From contig JAWXAQ010000016.1 in the NCBI GenBank assembly GCA_034439575.1, positions 160,001-224,000 of the forward strand: a stretch of 64,000 nucleotides of DNA, in the 5' to 3' direction. Below are positions 37,639-47,186 of the stretch, piece after piece. Numbering within the stretch: position 1 is the stretch's first letter; each line of letters begins with the position of its first letter. The notes below the pieces were generated by a model. The model did no database searches and had not been told where the DNA came from. It was given only the letters and a program-made list of their open reading frames with translations. The DNA is from Leptospira sp. (GTDB lineage Bacteria > Spirochaetota > Leptospiria > Leptospirales > Leptospiraceae). The position numbers were made by a program, and so were the translations under genes.

Positions 37639-39195
37639 TTATAATCTTTTAAGTGTCGTAGAATTAAGAATCGTATACACAGGGTATCCGTCATCATTGT
37701 AAGTAACACGCCAAAGCTTGAGTCCCGCATTAAAATCGCTCAGATCGCCATAGAAATCGACATAAACTTCACTTGTATCATCATCAGCAATTAGGATCGT
37801 GGCGTCATCATCTTCATCAACATAGAGACCCTCACCTAATTGATATTCTCCGATAGAATCTGTATTTGGATCAGCTCCAGATGGGTAAATAACGAATTCA
37901 TCATAGGAAGTGAAGGAACCTGTTCCAAGGGTTCCGCCCGCATCGACATTCAGAGTGACCTGATCTTCAAATCGGTATGTCGTTTCGTAATACTTATCAT
38001 AATTGGAAAAATCCCCAACTTCACCGCTGTCATCATTTGAATTATCTGCAATATCATAATAATATAATGAATAATAGTCAAGTTCACGTTGGGCATTGAA
38101 AGCTTCTTCGTAGACGTAGTATTCATTCGCATCGGCATCAAAATAATCAGTGCGAATATATCCTCCATCATCGTCGGTTCTGCCTTGCACATTTGTTGTT
38201 AGCTTGCTACCATTAGAATTTTCTTCATTGCGGTATCCAAGTGTTACACAATTTCCTGCGTTATTTGCGGCATCCGCATTGCACTGCTCCAATATAAATT
38301 TTGTTTTTGATATGACTTTACTCGCTTTACCAGTAGCTAAAACTCTTCTAAAATTCAAAACCGTTTTATCTTTTCTGTCGGAACCAGTGAAATTTGTAAT
38401 CGAGGCATTGATCTCAAGCGAAGTTCCAAATGATCTCACAATTTTTCTAGTAGAACTAAATATTTTAGTAAAATCACTTTTGAATTTGAGGATCCTAGAA
38501 AACCTATTATTAGCAGGACAAACTACTGGACTCGCTATTGAGTCAGAAAAAGAATACGAAAGTTCCACATCATAATCTGGATTTGTTGATGTTTGATACA
38601 CCATCGCAGGACTAGGGATCGCCTGACCGACGCTAGGCAAAACTCCTTCTAATTGCAAAGACGATATCTCTGCTTGTGCTTCTGAATTTGACAAGCCTAA
38701 ATTTTCTATTCCTTCCACCATTTCATCAACCATAGATTGAGTGATAGTAACAGTTCCCGCACCACCTGGAATGCAAACACCAGGTGTGGCCTTTGCTTTT
38801 GAATAAGCACTACTTAAGAGAATCAAATCTCGTTTTGATTCTTGCAAAATCTCAGCAATGTACTCTCCGCCATTTTGAAGATCAATTTGACCCGAGTAAC
38901 CTGAATTGTAATAAGCTTCAAGTGTGTCAAAATCATATGCACGGGATTGAGATCGTCCCATTTTTCTAACTGAACTTGTTGTCGAAGTAGCAGGTTTACG
39001 TATCGATCTAGGGATCGGAACCGCTAAAGTACTAGGTAATTCAGAATTGATCGCACTCGCACCACTTCCCAAAAGTGCGTTTCTGATTAAAAATCGACCC
39101 AATAGAGACTCGATTGAGTTACTATCATCTTTTTTATTTTTACAACCAATCAAGGTGAGTGAAATTATAAGTGAAAGTATAAGAAGTCGATTCAT
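37639..39195 (-). CDS. Large lipoprotein with Asp/Tyr-rich C-terminal region
   Basis: Lipobox LIGC; acidic C-terminus (DEDDDATILIADDD). Confidence 0.7.
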   Translation of the reverse strand: MNRLLILSLIISLTLIGCKNKKDDSNSIESLLGRFLIRNALLGSGASAINSELPSTLAVPIPRSIRKPATSTTSSVRKMGRSQSRAYDFDTLEAYYNSGYSGQIDLQNGGEYIAEILQESKRDLILLSSAYSKAKATPGVCIPGGAGTVTITQSMVDEMVEGIENLGLSNSEAQAEISSLQLEGVLPSVGQAIPSPAMVYQTSTNPDYDVELSYSFSDSIASPVVCPANNRFSRILKFKSDFTKIFSSTRKIVRSFGTSLEINASITNFTGSDRKDKTVLNFRRVLATGKASKVISKTKFILEQCNADAANNAGNCVTLGYRNEENSNGSKLTTNVQGRTDDDGGYIRTDYFDADANEYYVYEEAFNAQRELDYYSLYYYDIADNSNDDSGEVGDFSNYDKYYETTYRFEDQVTLNVDAGGTLGTGSFTSYDEFVIYPSGADPNTDSIGEYQLGEGLYVDEDDDATILIADDDTSEVYVDFYGDLSDFNAGLKLWRVTYNDDGYPVYTILNSTTLKRL

Positions 39196-39294
39196 AAGTT
39201 TATAATTGATTGCAGATATAACTATATGTCAATTCTAAACAAGATTTTTAAAAAAGAGTTTTCAAAGTAAACACATCTGTATAAGATTTTTCGA

Positions 39295-40515
39295 ATGAGA
39301 TCTTTGTATTTTCTTTTTATTTTCGGAATTTTTTCTATTACTACAATTATAGCAAAAGGTAATCTTTTCGTACAAAGTCCGAAGGCAAAACTCCTTGCTG
39401 AACCTCAATTATCATCGAATGGAAGTGTTTTGAAAATCGGTGATAGCCTTTCACCTATCAATGAGCAAGGATTATTTGTACAAGTACGAGTGGATGAAAA
39501 AACGGGTTGGGTTTCAAAACTATTTGTCTCTCCTTTACCACCGAGCAGTCAAATCAAACTTGGCTCATCTTCCTCTTCCTCCGAATCAGTGGCTGCAAGA
39601 CAAAGAGCATCTGACTTTACAAAGACAGCCGCAGCGAGAGGTCTTTCAGAAACAGAAAAACTGCGCGTAAGAGGCGGTGCTGAACTTTACGACTTCGAAT
39701 CCTTACGCTGGTTAGAATCTCTGCCCATAGCTGAAGAAACTCAGAAACCAAATGGTTCTGATTTAAAAGTTAAAGAAAACAAATCCACAATTAGTTCTAA
39801 TAACAAAGCAGTTTCAGCGGAAACAAAGGCAGAAGTGAAGATGGGAAGATCGCTTGCCGCTCGTTTATTAAAAAAATATGCACTCGTTAAAAATAGACCA
39901 TTCACTCAATACCTTAATCGAGTTGGTGGCCGAATAACATCTGTTTCCTCAAGACCTGAGCTTAGTTTCAAATTTGGTGTTTTGGACACTGAAGAAGTGA
40001 ACGCATTTGCTTGCCCTGGTGGATTTATTTTTTTAACGAAAGGGACCATTAAAAGTATCAAAAATGAATCCGAGTTAGCCGGTGTATTGGGCCATGAAAT
40101 TGGACACGTCGTACTTTTTCATAGCGGTGAATTCAAACAAACAAATGTTTTTTTAGATATACTTTCCAGTTTGTTAAGCCCTTCCGGCGGAGAAGTTATC
40201 AATGCGGCGGCCTCAACCGCCTTGGATGAAATGGAAAAACAACTTTTTGAAACAGGAAGAGATGCAAGTGTCGAATGGGAAGCAGATGAAGCAGGAGTGG
40301 GACTTGCCACCCAAGCTGGATATGCCGTGGATGGGCTAGGAAATTATCTGATCACATTATCAAAGTTAGGTAATACTGAAATTCAGAAAAAAACCCATCC
40401 CGATACTTCGACAAGGATTGCTAAACTCATTAAAGTAGAAGCTTCGGTAAATAACAAATCCATAATTCTTCATCAGGATATGTGGAATCAAAATAAAGAT
40501 CTACTTTCAAAATGA
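39295..40515 (+). CDS. M48 family metallopeptidase with N-terminal SH3b-like domain
   Basis: Signal peptide; SH3-like 'VQVR...GWVS'; VNAFACPGG, ELAGVLGHEIGH, EWEAD and THP...R motifs. Confidence 0.88.
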   Translation: MRSLYFLFIFGIFSITTIIAKGNLFVQSPKAKLLAEPQLSSNGSVLKIGDSLSPINEQGLFVQVRVDEKTGWVSKLFVSPLPPSSQIKLGSSSSSSESVAARQRASDFTKTAAARGLSETEKLRVRGGAELYDFESLRWLESLPIAEETQKPNGSDLKVKENKSTISSNNKAVSAETKAEVKMGRSLAARLLKKYALVKNRPFTQYLNRVGGRITSVSSRPELSFKFGVLDTEEVNAFACPGGFIFLTKGTIKSIKNESELAGVLGHEIGHVVLFHSGEFKQTNVFLDILSSLLSPSGGEVINAAASTALDEMEKQLFETGRDASVEWEADEAGVGLATQAGYAVDGLGNYLITLSKLGNTEIQKKTHPDTSTRIAKLIKVEASVNNKSIILHQDMWNQNKDLLSK

Positions 40516-42677
40516 ATCATAAAAATTTTTACCCTTTTATTCTCACGGTTCTTATTCCTGCAAGCGTGCTCACATTATTTTCGTTACTTGGGCTATCTAC
40601 TTTATTAAACCGAAAACTTTCTGATGGTCTTTTCGCTATTTTACCATCCCATCATTCCATGTCCAAAGACATTGTGATTATAGATATCGATGAACAGAGT
40701 ATTGCTCGGCATGCCGATGACCCAGAACTAGGCCTTTGGCCTTGGAAACGGACCATCTATCCCACCTTAGTTGGGTATACTCATATGTTGACTCCACCTA
40801 AGGTCACATTGATTGATATCATGTTCACAGAACGATCAGATTTTGATTTTGCACTTGTAGATGCGAACCAAACAATTGGCGGAATCTCTCATGCTACAAA
40901 CTTTCGTATAGATCCAGGCGCATCCATAAATCCAAAATGGGATGAATACACCAAAAGATTCCAATTAGATTTACCAGATACCTCACCTTTTCCTATTTAT
41001 GAGAGTGCGGCATTTCCAAATGGAGAGATAGGTAAAACGGCTCCCTTTATCCATGTTGTGAATGTGATTCCAGATAGTGATGGAGTACTAAGGCGATTTT
41101 CTCCTGTTATGCGTTGGCATGACAGGCATTATCCGACTCTACCTATCCAAGCATTTGCACAAGGACAATCCATCTCCTTCAAACTAAATCAAAAGATTTT
41201 AGAAGTGACAAGAGGAGATATCAAACGAGAACTTCCTCTAGGCAAAAAAGGACTTGTGCGTGCATATTTTTATCCTGAAGAAGAAATCCGAAATATCCCG
41301 CGATATTCTGCGGCAGGGATCATCGAATCTCTAAATAAACTGACAACAGGTGAAATAGACGATCCAAATAAATTAACCGTACCACCCTCAGTTTTTGAAA
41401 ATAAAATTGTCATTCTTGGTACATCTGCCGCCGCCACGCATGACGATGTGGTCATACCAGCTGGTCTTTTTCCTGGAGTCATTGCACAAGCTGTCTTTGC
41501 ATCCAATATCATAGAAGGACATATGTTGACCGAGCTCCCTTCAAATTGGGGAATAGGATTTGCAGTTTTCATTTTGTTACTTAGTTTGTATGTTTTGTTC
41601 ATTAGCCAACAGCATTGGTTGCGAAATATATTTCCTATTTTTGCCGTTTCAATTTTTTTCGGACTTTTTTATTCGCTTTATCGTATCGATATGATTCTAC
41701 CTCCCGCTTATTTTATGGTATCGTTTCCAATATCGTATTTGATTGGATTTGCTTATTTAACTTATACAGAAGGAAAGGATAAAAGAAAGTTCAATAGTAT
41801 ATTACGAAATCTTGTTGATCCAGGCGTCGTATCACAAGCATTACATGACATGGAATCACTCAAACGTGGTGGAGAATGGGAAATTACAGCTTTTTTCTCA
41901 GACGTAGCAGGATTTTCTAGTATCAGTGAAGAATTATCTGCAAGTGATTTAGCACGTTTGTTAAATGAATACCTTTCTGCGATGACAAACATTTTAAAAA
42001 CAAATTCGGGTACTTTGGATAAATATATCGGTGATGCCATAGTTGGTATTTTCGGTGCACCGATTCAATATGCGGATCACCCTCGCCTAGCTTGTAAAAC
42101 ATCATTGGAAATGGTAAGTCAGTTAGAAGTGTTACGAAAGAGTTGGACAGAAAAAAAGGATTACACTGAATCTGCTCGCAAAATGAAATTTCGTATCGGA
42201 CTCAATTGTGGACCAGCTAAAGTTGGTTTTATGGGAACAGATAGTTTAGCTTCATACACAATGATGGGCGATACTGTCAATTTAGCATCAAGATTAGAGG
42301 CCGCTGCCAAAGACTATGGAGTGGATGTTTTAGTTTCGGAAACTATCGAAGCTGCCTGCCGGGAAGAGTTCCATTTTAGATTTCTGGATCGAATCCGAGT
42401 GAAGGGAAAAGATGCACCCGTAAAAATTTATGGACTGATTTGTGACAAATCAGATACGACAGATGCCCTTCGAAAAGGTGAAGAAATTTACCGGAATGCA
42501 TTCCAAAACTATACAGAAAAAAAATGGGAAACTGCCATCCAAGGATTTCAATCTTCAATGGAATATTTTGGTCCGAAAGACGTTTCTGCCAATGTACTCA
42601 TTGAACGTTGCCATGTTTTATTCAAAGAACCACCACCTGAAATTTGGGACGGTGTCTTTACGAGAACTACAAAGTAA
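40512..42677 (+). CDS. CHASE2-domain class III adenylate cyclase
   Basis: IVIIDIDE..WPW.R and DSDGVLRR (CHASE2), 3 TMs, FFSDVAGFS, DKYIGDAI, YTMMGDTVNLASRLE; TPR-like tail ending WDGV. Confidence 0.92.
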   Translation: MNHKNFYPFILTVLIPASVLTLFSLLGLSTLLNRKLSDGLFAILPSHHSMSKDIVIIDIDEQSIARHADDPELGLWPWKRTIYPTLVGYTHMLTPPKVTLIDIMFTERSDFDFALVDANQTIGGISHATNFRIDPGASINPKWDEYTKRFQLDLPDTSPFPIYESAAFPNGEIGKTAPFIHVVNVIPDSDGVLRRFSPVMRWHDRHYPTLPIQAFAQGQSISFKLNQKILEVTRGDIKRELPLGKKGLVRAYFYPEEEIRNIPRYSAAGIIESLNKLTTGEIDDPNKLTVPPSVFENKIVILGTSAAATHDDVVIPAGLFPGVIAQAVFASNIIEGHMLTELPSNWGIGFAVFILLLSLYVLFISQQHWLRNIFPIFAVSIFFGLFYSLYRIDMILPPAYFMVSFPISYLIGFAYLTYTEGKDKRKFNSILRNLVDPGVVSQALHDMESLKRGGEWEITAFFSDVAGFSSISEELSASDLARLLNEYLSAMTNILKTNSGTLDKYIGDAIVGIFGAPIQYADHPRLACKTSLEMVSQLEVLRKSWTEKKDYTESARKMKFRIGLNCGPAKVGFMGTDSLASYTMMGDTVNLASRLEAAAKDYGVDVLVSETIEAACREEFHFRFLDRIRVKGKDAPVKIYGLICDKSDTTDALRKGEEIYRNAFQNYTEKKWETAIQGFQSSMEYFGPKDVSANVLIERCHVLFKEPPPEIWDGVFTRTTK

Positions 42678-42726
42678 TTTCTGATTTTCATAGACAGGAA
42701 ATTCACCAAAAGATAATTCTCATTGT

Positions 42727-43584
42727 ATGTTTGGCTTTTTAGAAAATTTAGAACGACTTTGGGCAAAATTCCTTTTTTTCCTACCTGGGCATCAAATTCC
42801 TGAAGATTGTAATGGCAAAGATATCCTGATCGTTCCCGGTCACGAAGCCGGCAAAGCCTTCTACAGCCGATTGAAATCAAATTTGGACAACCTTGGGTTT
42901 CATGTTGGGATTTTATCTACACTCCGAGATCCAAAATCATTGGAAGAATCGGTAATGTATCTCGCCAAACAAATATTAACAGCCCCAAATGAAGTTACAC
43001 TCATTGCACATAACACAGGTGGTCTTGTTGTTCTTATTTTACCAGATGAAGCACGTCGAAAAGTAAAACGACTCATCACACTTGGAACACCTTACCATGG
43101 ATCTGATAAGTTCAATAATACAAGATTTTCTTTTTGGGGATTTAGATCTGATTGGGTGACAAAGAATTATAAAAATGCACTTTTTTTTCCTCTTTTCCAA
43201 CCACTCTCTGCAATAGAAGATTTTAGTTTTCCACCACAAGAAAGTACAGAATTTGGCCAAGGCAGAGATCTTTGGTTTGATATACCAGGAAACTATAACC
43301 TAGTTAGGCGAGAAGAAAATTTACGCACCTTACGCGAGTTTTTGGGAACACCAAAAGATCCTATTTTAAAAACGTATGCTAAGGCATCAGCGGAACATGC
43401 AGTTCCAAAAAAAGTGGAAGTCGTTGATTTTTCAAAGTATGAGCCTGCCAATTATAAAAAGAACAAAAAAGAATTGATCAAAGCAAGTCCCAAGGCCAAG
43501 TCTTCTAAGAAACTTGCGAAAAAAGCAAAATCAAAACCGCAGGCAAAGAAAAAATCCTTACCTGCGAAAAAGAAAAAGCGCTAA
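42727..43584 (+). CDS. Alpha/beta hydrolase-fold protein with degenerate active site and Lys-rich tail
   Basis: ILIVPG, AHNTGG in place of GHSxGG, and LITLGTPYHGS. Confidence 0.7.
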   Translation: MFGFLENLERLWAKFLFFLPGHQIPEDCNGKDILIVPGHEAGKAFYSRLKSNLDNLGFHVGILSTLRDPKSLEESVMYLAKQILTAPNEVTLIAHNTGGLVVLILPDEARRKVKRLITLGTPYHGSDKFNNTRFSFWGFRSDWVTKNYKNALFFPLFQPLSAIEDFSFPPQESTEFGQGRDLWFDIPGNYNLVRREENLRTLREFLGTPKDPILKTYAKASAEHAVPKKVEVVDFSKYEPANYKKNKKELIKASPKAKSSKKLAKKAKSKPQAKKKSLPAKKKKR

Positions 43585-44031
43585 TTATACTTTTGCCATT
43601 TCCTTAGCACAAGCTAAACAGCTTTCCATACAATCTTTACATTCTTGGTGATGTTCTGCATGTTTTTTGCAATCTTTCGCACAGGATTTGCAAATCTCTT
43701 CGCAAAGAGCTGCTATTTTCTTTGTGTAAGTTGACCCTTGGCTCGCGAGCGAGATAAATGCGTCACAAGCAGCTATAACTTCCTTTGTAGAGGAAGCACA
43801 AGCACCGAGTGATTTATCTCCATTAGTCAATTCTGTAATACAGTGACTTAAACAGATTTCTGCCGCCAACTTACAATGTATTGCCGACATCAAAGCTTTG
43901 CTATACTTTGATGAAGTATTTGTTTTTGTCATGCCAGGTTCATGTTTGTGGTCATCTGCTAAGAGATTAGAAATAACTCCAGCAGTTGCAAGTACTGCTG
44001 CGGATTGTGTAACAAATTGTTTACGGTTCAT
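43585..44031 (-). CDS. Four-helix-bundle copper storage protein (Csp1/2-like, Tat-exported)
   Basis: NRKQFV Tat-like signal, 13 Cys in CxxC/CxxxC spacing, His-rich HAEHH. Confidence 0.88.
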   Translation of the reverse strand: MNRKQFVTQSAAVLATAGVISNLLADDHKHEPGMTKTNTSSKYSKALMSAIHCKLAAEICLSHCITELTNGDKSLGACASSTKEVIAACDAFISLASQGSTYTKKIAALCEEICKSCAKDCKKHAEHHQECKDCMESCLACAKEMAKV

Positions 44032-44097
44032 AAAATAACTCCATTGATTTATAATTGATTAAAAAAATTTTAGAAAATTTAAGATTAAATCTGAAAA

Positions 44098-44493
44098 TCA
44101 GATAAGAAGTCTGACTGATTGTAAAAAATAAAGATGCTCATTTTTCCGATGCTTGTCTTTCCTTACCAAAAAATAAGGTTCACCGTTTTGAAACATTGTA
44201 TCGAATGTTTCAAAAACATAAACATATGTTAGGTTAAGCGTGCGATTGAATTCTGATTTTTTTTCAGCCGAAGGTATAAAATCTTGGTAAGCTAGAGGGC
44301 ATTTGCAATCTGTAGCCCCTGTTTGTTCTTTATCTGAGAGAGCCTTCGCATGGCAAGGTGGCAGCTTTTTGGTATCAGCATTAGAGATATGATTAAAAGA
44401 TAAATTGGGACAAAGATCATATAGTGAGGATTTACAGCTAACAAAGAGTAAAAACCCTAAAAGAAGATGTATGACGATCACTTTGTTCTTCAT
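44098..44493 (-). CDS. Hypothetical protein upstream of the copper storage gene
   Basis: N-terminal hydrophobic segment, PPCH and CKC motifs, C-terminal LQSVRLLI. Start is 44493 or 44514. Confidence 0.55.
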   Translation of the reverse strand: MKNKVIVIHLLLGFLLFVSCKSSLYDLCPNLSFNHISNADTKKLPPCHAKALSDKEQTGATDCKCPLAYQDFIPSAEKKSEFNRTLNLTYVYVFETFDTMFQNGEPYFLVRKDKHRKNEHLYFLQSVRLLI

Positions 44494-44532
44494 AAACCTA
44501 TTCTTTAGACGCATTTAAATGTCCCCTGTCTC

Positions 44533-45759
44533 TTAAAATATATCACTTAATCCTTTCCAGGCAACGATAAATGTGCCAATGGTCGAACCAAATTGTGGTA
44601 AAAAGAAAATTAGAAAAATTCTAATCACACGATTTTTCCAAAATCCTTTAAAACTTTCAGAATCTTCTGCTATTTTTTCAAAGTCTTCTACAACGGGTTT
44701 ACGTAGATACGACTCTGAAAGTGCGGCCACCCAACCTGCTTTAAATATAGGTACAAATGTCCCTATCGGAGCCGTTAAAAAGGCAAGCAAAATGGATAAA
44801 GGGTGACCGAGTGCGATGATGGCACCTAGTGCGGCAAGCCCTCCTTTGATGATGACTAACTTTGATAACAAACTCGCACCAGCTTCGGCACCTTGAGAAT
44901 AAGTGGTGTATGCAATCAATGCACCAAAAAACACGGGATAGGCGGCAAGCTTAAGTATATCCTGCCATTTCCTTTCGGGAACCAATTCTAAAGGCGCCAA
45001 ATCATGATTATGTTGGATGTGATTTATGATTCCTTGCAAGTGTCCTGCGCCAACAATGGCTACAACTTTTTTAACACCCTTCTCTGTCGCAGAACGCCTA
45101 ATTTTTTCCGCAAGATAAACATCACGTTCATCTATGATCACATTTTTAATTGATTCGTATCTTCCCGGGAGCTGGGAAAATAAATCTTTGAGGATATCAT
45201 CACTTTTCATTTCCTCAATCTTTTCCACACTCACATCTTCTCTAACGAAAAGTGATGTGATAAGTGCAGACATTAAATACATCTTTGATAGAAACCCAAC
45301 ATTGCCCCATGCCCTGCGAAGTGTCGTTTGTATCTCCCGATCCACTGGTGCCACTTTTAACTTCTGTTTGCGTGCCAGTTCTATCCCTTTACGCATCTCA
45401 TCACCAGGTTTCACTTGGTTGTGTCCCATTTTTTTCTGGAAAGAAGAAAGGATCAGGCTCGAGAGCAAAAGCCACATTTTACGTTCTCTAAACACTTTAA
45501 AAATATCTAATTTTTTTAAATAGTCAGGATCTTCAACAGACTTCATTCTTGATTCGCATAACTCAACACATATGGTGTCTGGCTTTACAAATCCGATGAG
45601 ACTTTCGACAGCTTCGACACTCAATTGGGAGATATGTGCAGTCCCAAGAATATGTACTTCTGTTTTATCTATGTATTCTAAATGATAAGGTTCGTCTGTT
45701 TGAAAGGGCTTTTTTCTTGTCGATTTTGGTGTAATTTTTGATTTTTTGATTGAAGGCAT
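44533..45759 (-). CDS. TraB/GumN family protein
   Basis: ILGTAHIS, VELC, IDERD and VGAGH motifs plus C-terminal TMs. Likely start ATG 45759. Confidence 0.88.
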   Translation of the reverse strand: MPSIKKSKITPKSTRKKPFQTDEPYHLEYIDKTEVHILGTAHISQLSVEAVESLIGFVKPDTICVELCESRMKSVEDPDYLKKLDIFKVFRERKMWLLLSSLILSSFQKKMGHNQVKPGDEMRKGIELARKQKLKVAPVDREIQTTLRRAWGNVGFLSKMYLMSALITSLFVREDVSVEKIEEMKSDDILKDLFSQLPGRYESIKNVIIDERDVYLAEKIRRSATEKGVKKVVAIVGAGHLQGIINHIQHNHDLAPLELVPERKWQDILKLAAYPVFFGALIAYTTYSQGAEAGASLLSKLVIIKGGLAALGAIIALGHPLSILLAFLTAPIGTFVPIFKAGWVAALSESYLRKPVVEDFEKIAEDSESFKGFWKNRVIRIFLIFFLPQFGSTIGTFIVAWKGLSDIF

Positions 45760-45819
45760 TTTAAAGGATATTATTCTAAAAACGTAAGTAATGGTTCCAT
45801 TCTCTAAAAATACAGTAGA

Positions 45820-46323
45820 ATGTCGATAAAATCTAAAATCATAAATGTAGGAATCGCTGATATCAAAGTCGGCCAAGGGGATGTGGTACTTCGTACCACT
45901 CTCGGTTCCTGTGTGGGCATTGTACTCTATGATCCAGACTTAAAGATTGGAGGCATTTCTCACATTATGCTCGCAAAGGACCCTACGGGAAAGGACAGCA
46001 TCAAGTCTCCGCATAAGTATGGTGAAACTGCACTTCCAGAACTTATCAAAATGATGAAGGATGCAGGTTCCCCCATTGGTAAATTTTCCTGTAGAATGTT
46101 TGGAGGCGCATCCATGTTCAAAGGCATCAACTCCAACTTTTTGCAAAATATTGGTGAACAGAATATTCAAATCGTTAAAAGATTTATGGAAGAACATAAA
46201 ATACCCGTTTTGGTCGAAGATATCTCGGGAAATGAAGGAAGAACGATTAGTCTTTATTGCGATGATGGTCGCGTTTTATTGAAAAAAGCGGGTATGGAAA
46301 AATACCTCTATAAGGTGCGTTAA
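45820..46323 (+). CDS. cheD: Chemoreceptor glutamine deamidase CheD
   Basis: [24 protein letters not shown] and EDISG..GRTI motifs. Confidence 0.92.
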   Translation: MSIKSKIINVGIADIKVGQGDVVLRTTLGSCVGIVLYDPDLKIGGISHIMLAKDPTGKDSIKSPHKYGETALPELIKMMKDAGSPIGKFSCRMFGGASMFKGINSNFLQNIGEQNIQIVKRFMEEHKIPVLVEDISGNEGRTISLYCDDGRVLLKKAGMEKYLYKVR

Positions 46324-46329
46324 GGGATC

Positions 46330-47184
46330 ATGGAAAAGGAAAAAGTTGATCAAGTTCTAAAAGATGTAAATAAACTTCCATCCATATCATCTGTTGTTAC
46401 CAAGGTTCTTGAAAAACTCCAAAAACCTGATGTAAATATTACCGAACTCGCAGCCGAAATTTCTAAAGATCCTGCCATCACAGCTTCAGTGATCAAACTT
46501 TCCAACTCAGCCTATTACCGTGCCTCAAAACCAATCCGCACAGTACAAGAAGCACTTATGACTCTTGGAACAAAAACTGTAAAAGAAATTGTTCTTGTAA
46601 CAGCCGCTAAAGGGATTCTATCACAAGATTTAAACAACTACCAATTGGAAGCCGCCCAATTATGGACTTCCTCCCTGCTCGTCGCAGAAATGTCTAGTCG
46701 TATCGTTATACATAAAAAATTGAATATAGATAAAGACTTAGCCTTTACTTCCGGCCTTTTGTGCAATGTGGGTAAAATTGTATTAGCCCAATTTTTCCAG
46801 CCTGTTATGTTTCAACTAAAGGCAGAATTAAAAGATTTTAAAGATCCGTTCCCCCTGCTTGAAAAAAAATACTTCGGTTATACCCATATGGAGATTTCCG
46901 AAATTCTTTTAACAAGATGGAACTTTCCAAAAGAATTAGTGGATGTAGTCGCTCATTATTTAAATCCAGATGAATCTACAGTAAATTCCCTACTAACAAG
47001 CGTTGTACATATTGCAAGTATTCTCATCGTGGTTTCGGGAATTGGTATAGATATCGGTGGAGAGTCTGTTCCTATTTCTCCATTTGCACTTACACAAACA
47101 GGCATTACAGAAGCCGACATTCAAAATTATTTTTTACATATTCCTGATTTACAAGCAGGACTTGCCGATCTTTTGAATATATAA
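46330..47184 (+). CDS. HDOD domain protein
   Basis: LPSIS, ISKDPAIT..VIKLSNSAYY, GLLCNVGK, GYTH.E and WNFP motifs. Confidence 0.9.
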   Translation: MEKEKVDQVLKDVNKLPSISSVVTKVLEKLQKPDVNITELAAEISKDPAITASVIKLSNSAYYRASKPIRTVQEALMTLGTKTVKEIVLVTAAKGILSQDLNNYQLEAAQLWTSSLLVAEMSSRIVIHKKLNIDKDLAFTSGLLCNVGKIVLAQFFQPVMFQLKAELKDFKDPFPLLEKKYFGYTHMEISEILLTRWNFPKELVDVVAHYLNPDESTVNSLLTSVVHIASILIVVSGIGIDIGGESVPISPFALTQTGITEADIQNYFLHIPDLQAGLADLLNI

Positions 47185-47186
47185 GT

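Noticed and set aside
44533..45759. 'TraB' as evidence of conjugation
   Set aside because: TraB/GumN (PrgY/Tiki-like) proteins are not transfer machinery, and no T4SS or relaxase genes are present.
45760..45876. Apparent head-to-head overlap of the TraB-family gene and cheD
   Set aside because: ATG 45759 is the more plausible start and leaves a normal 60-bp divergent gap.
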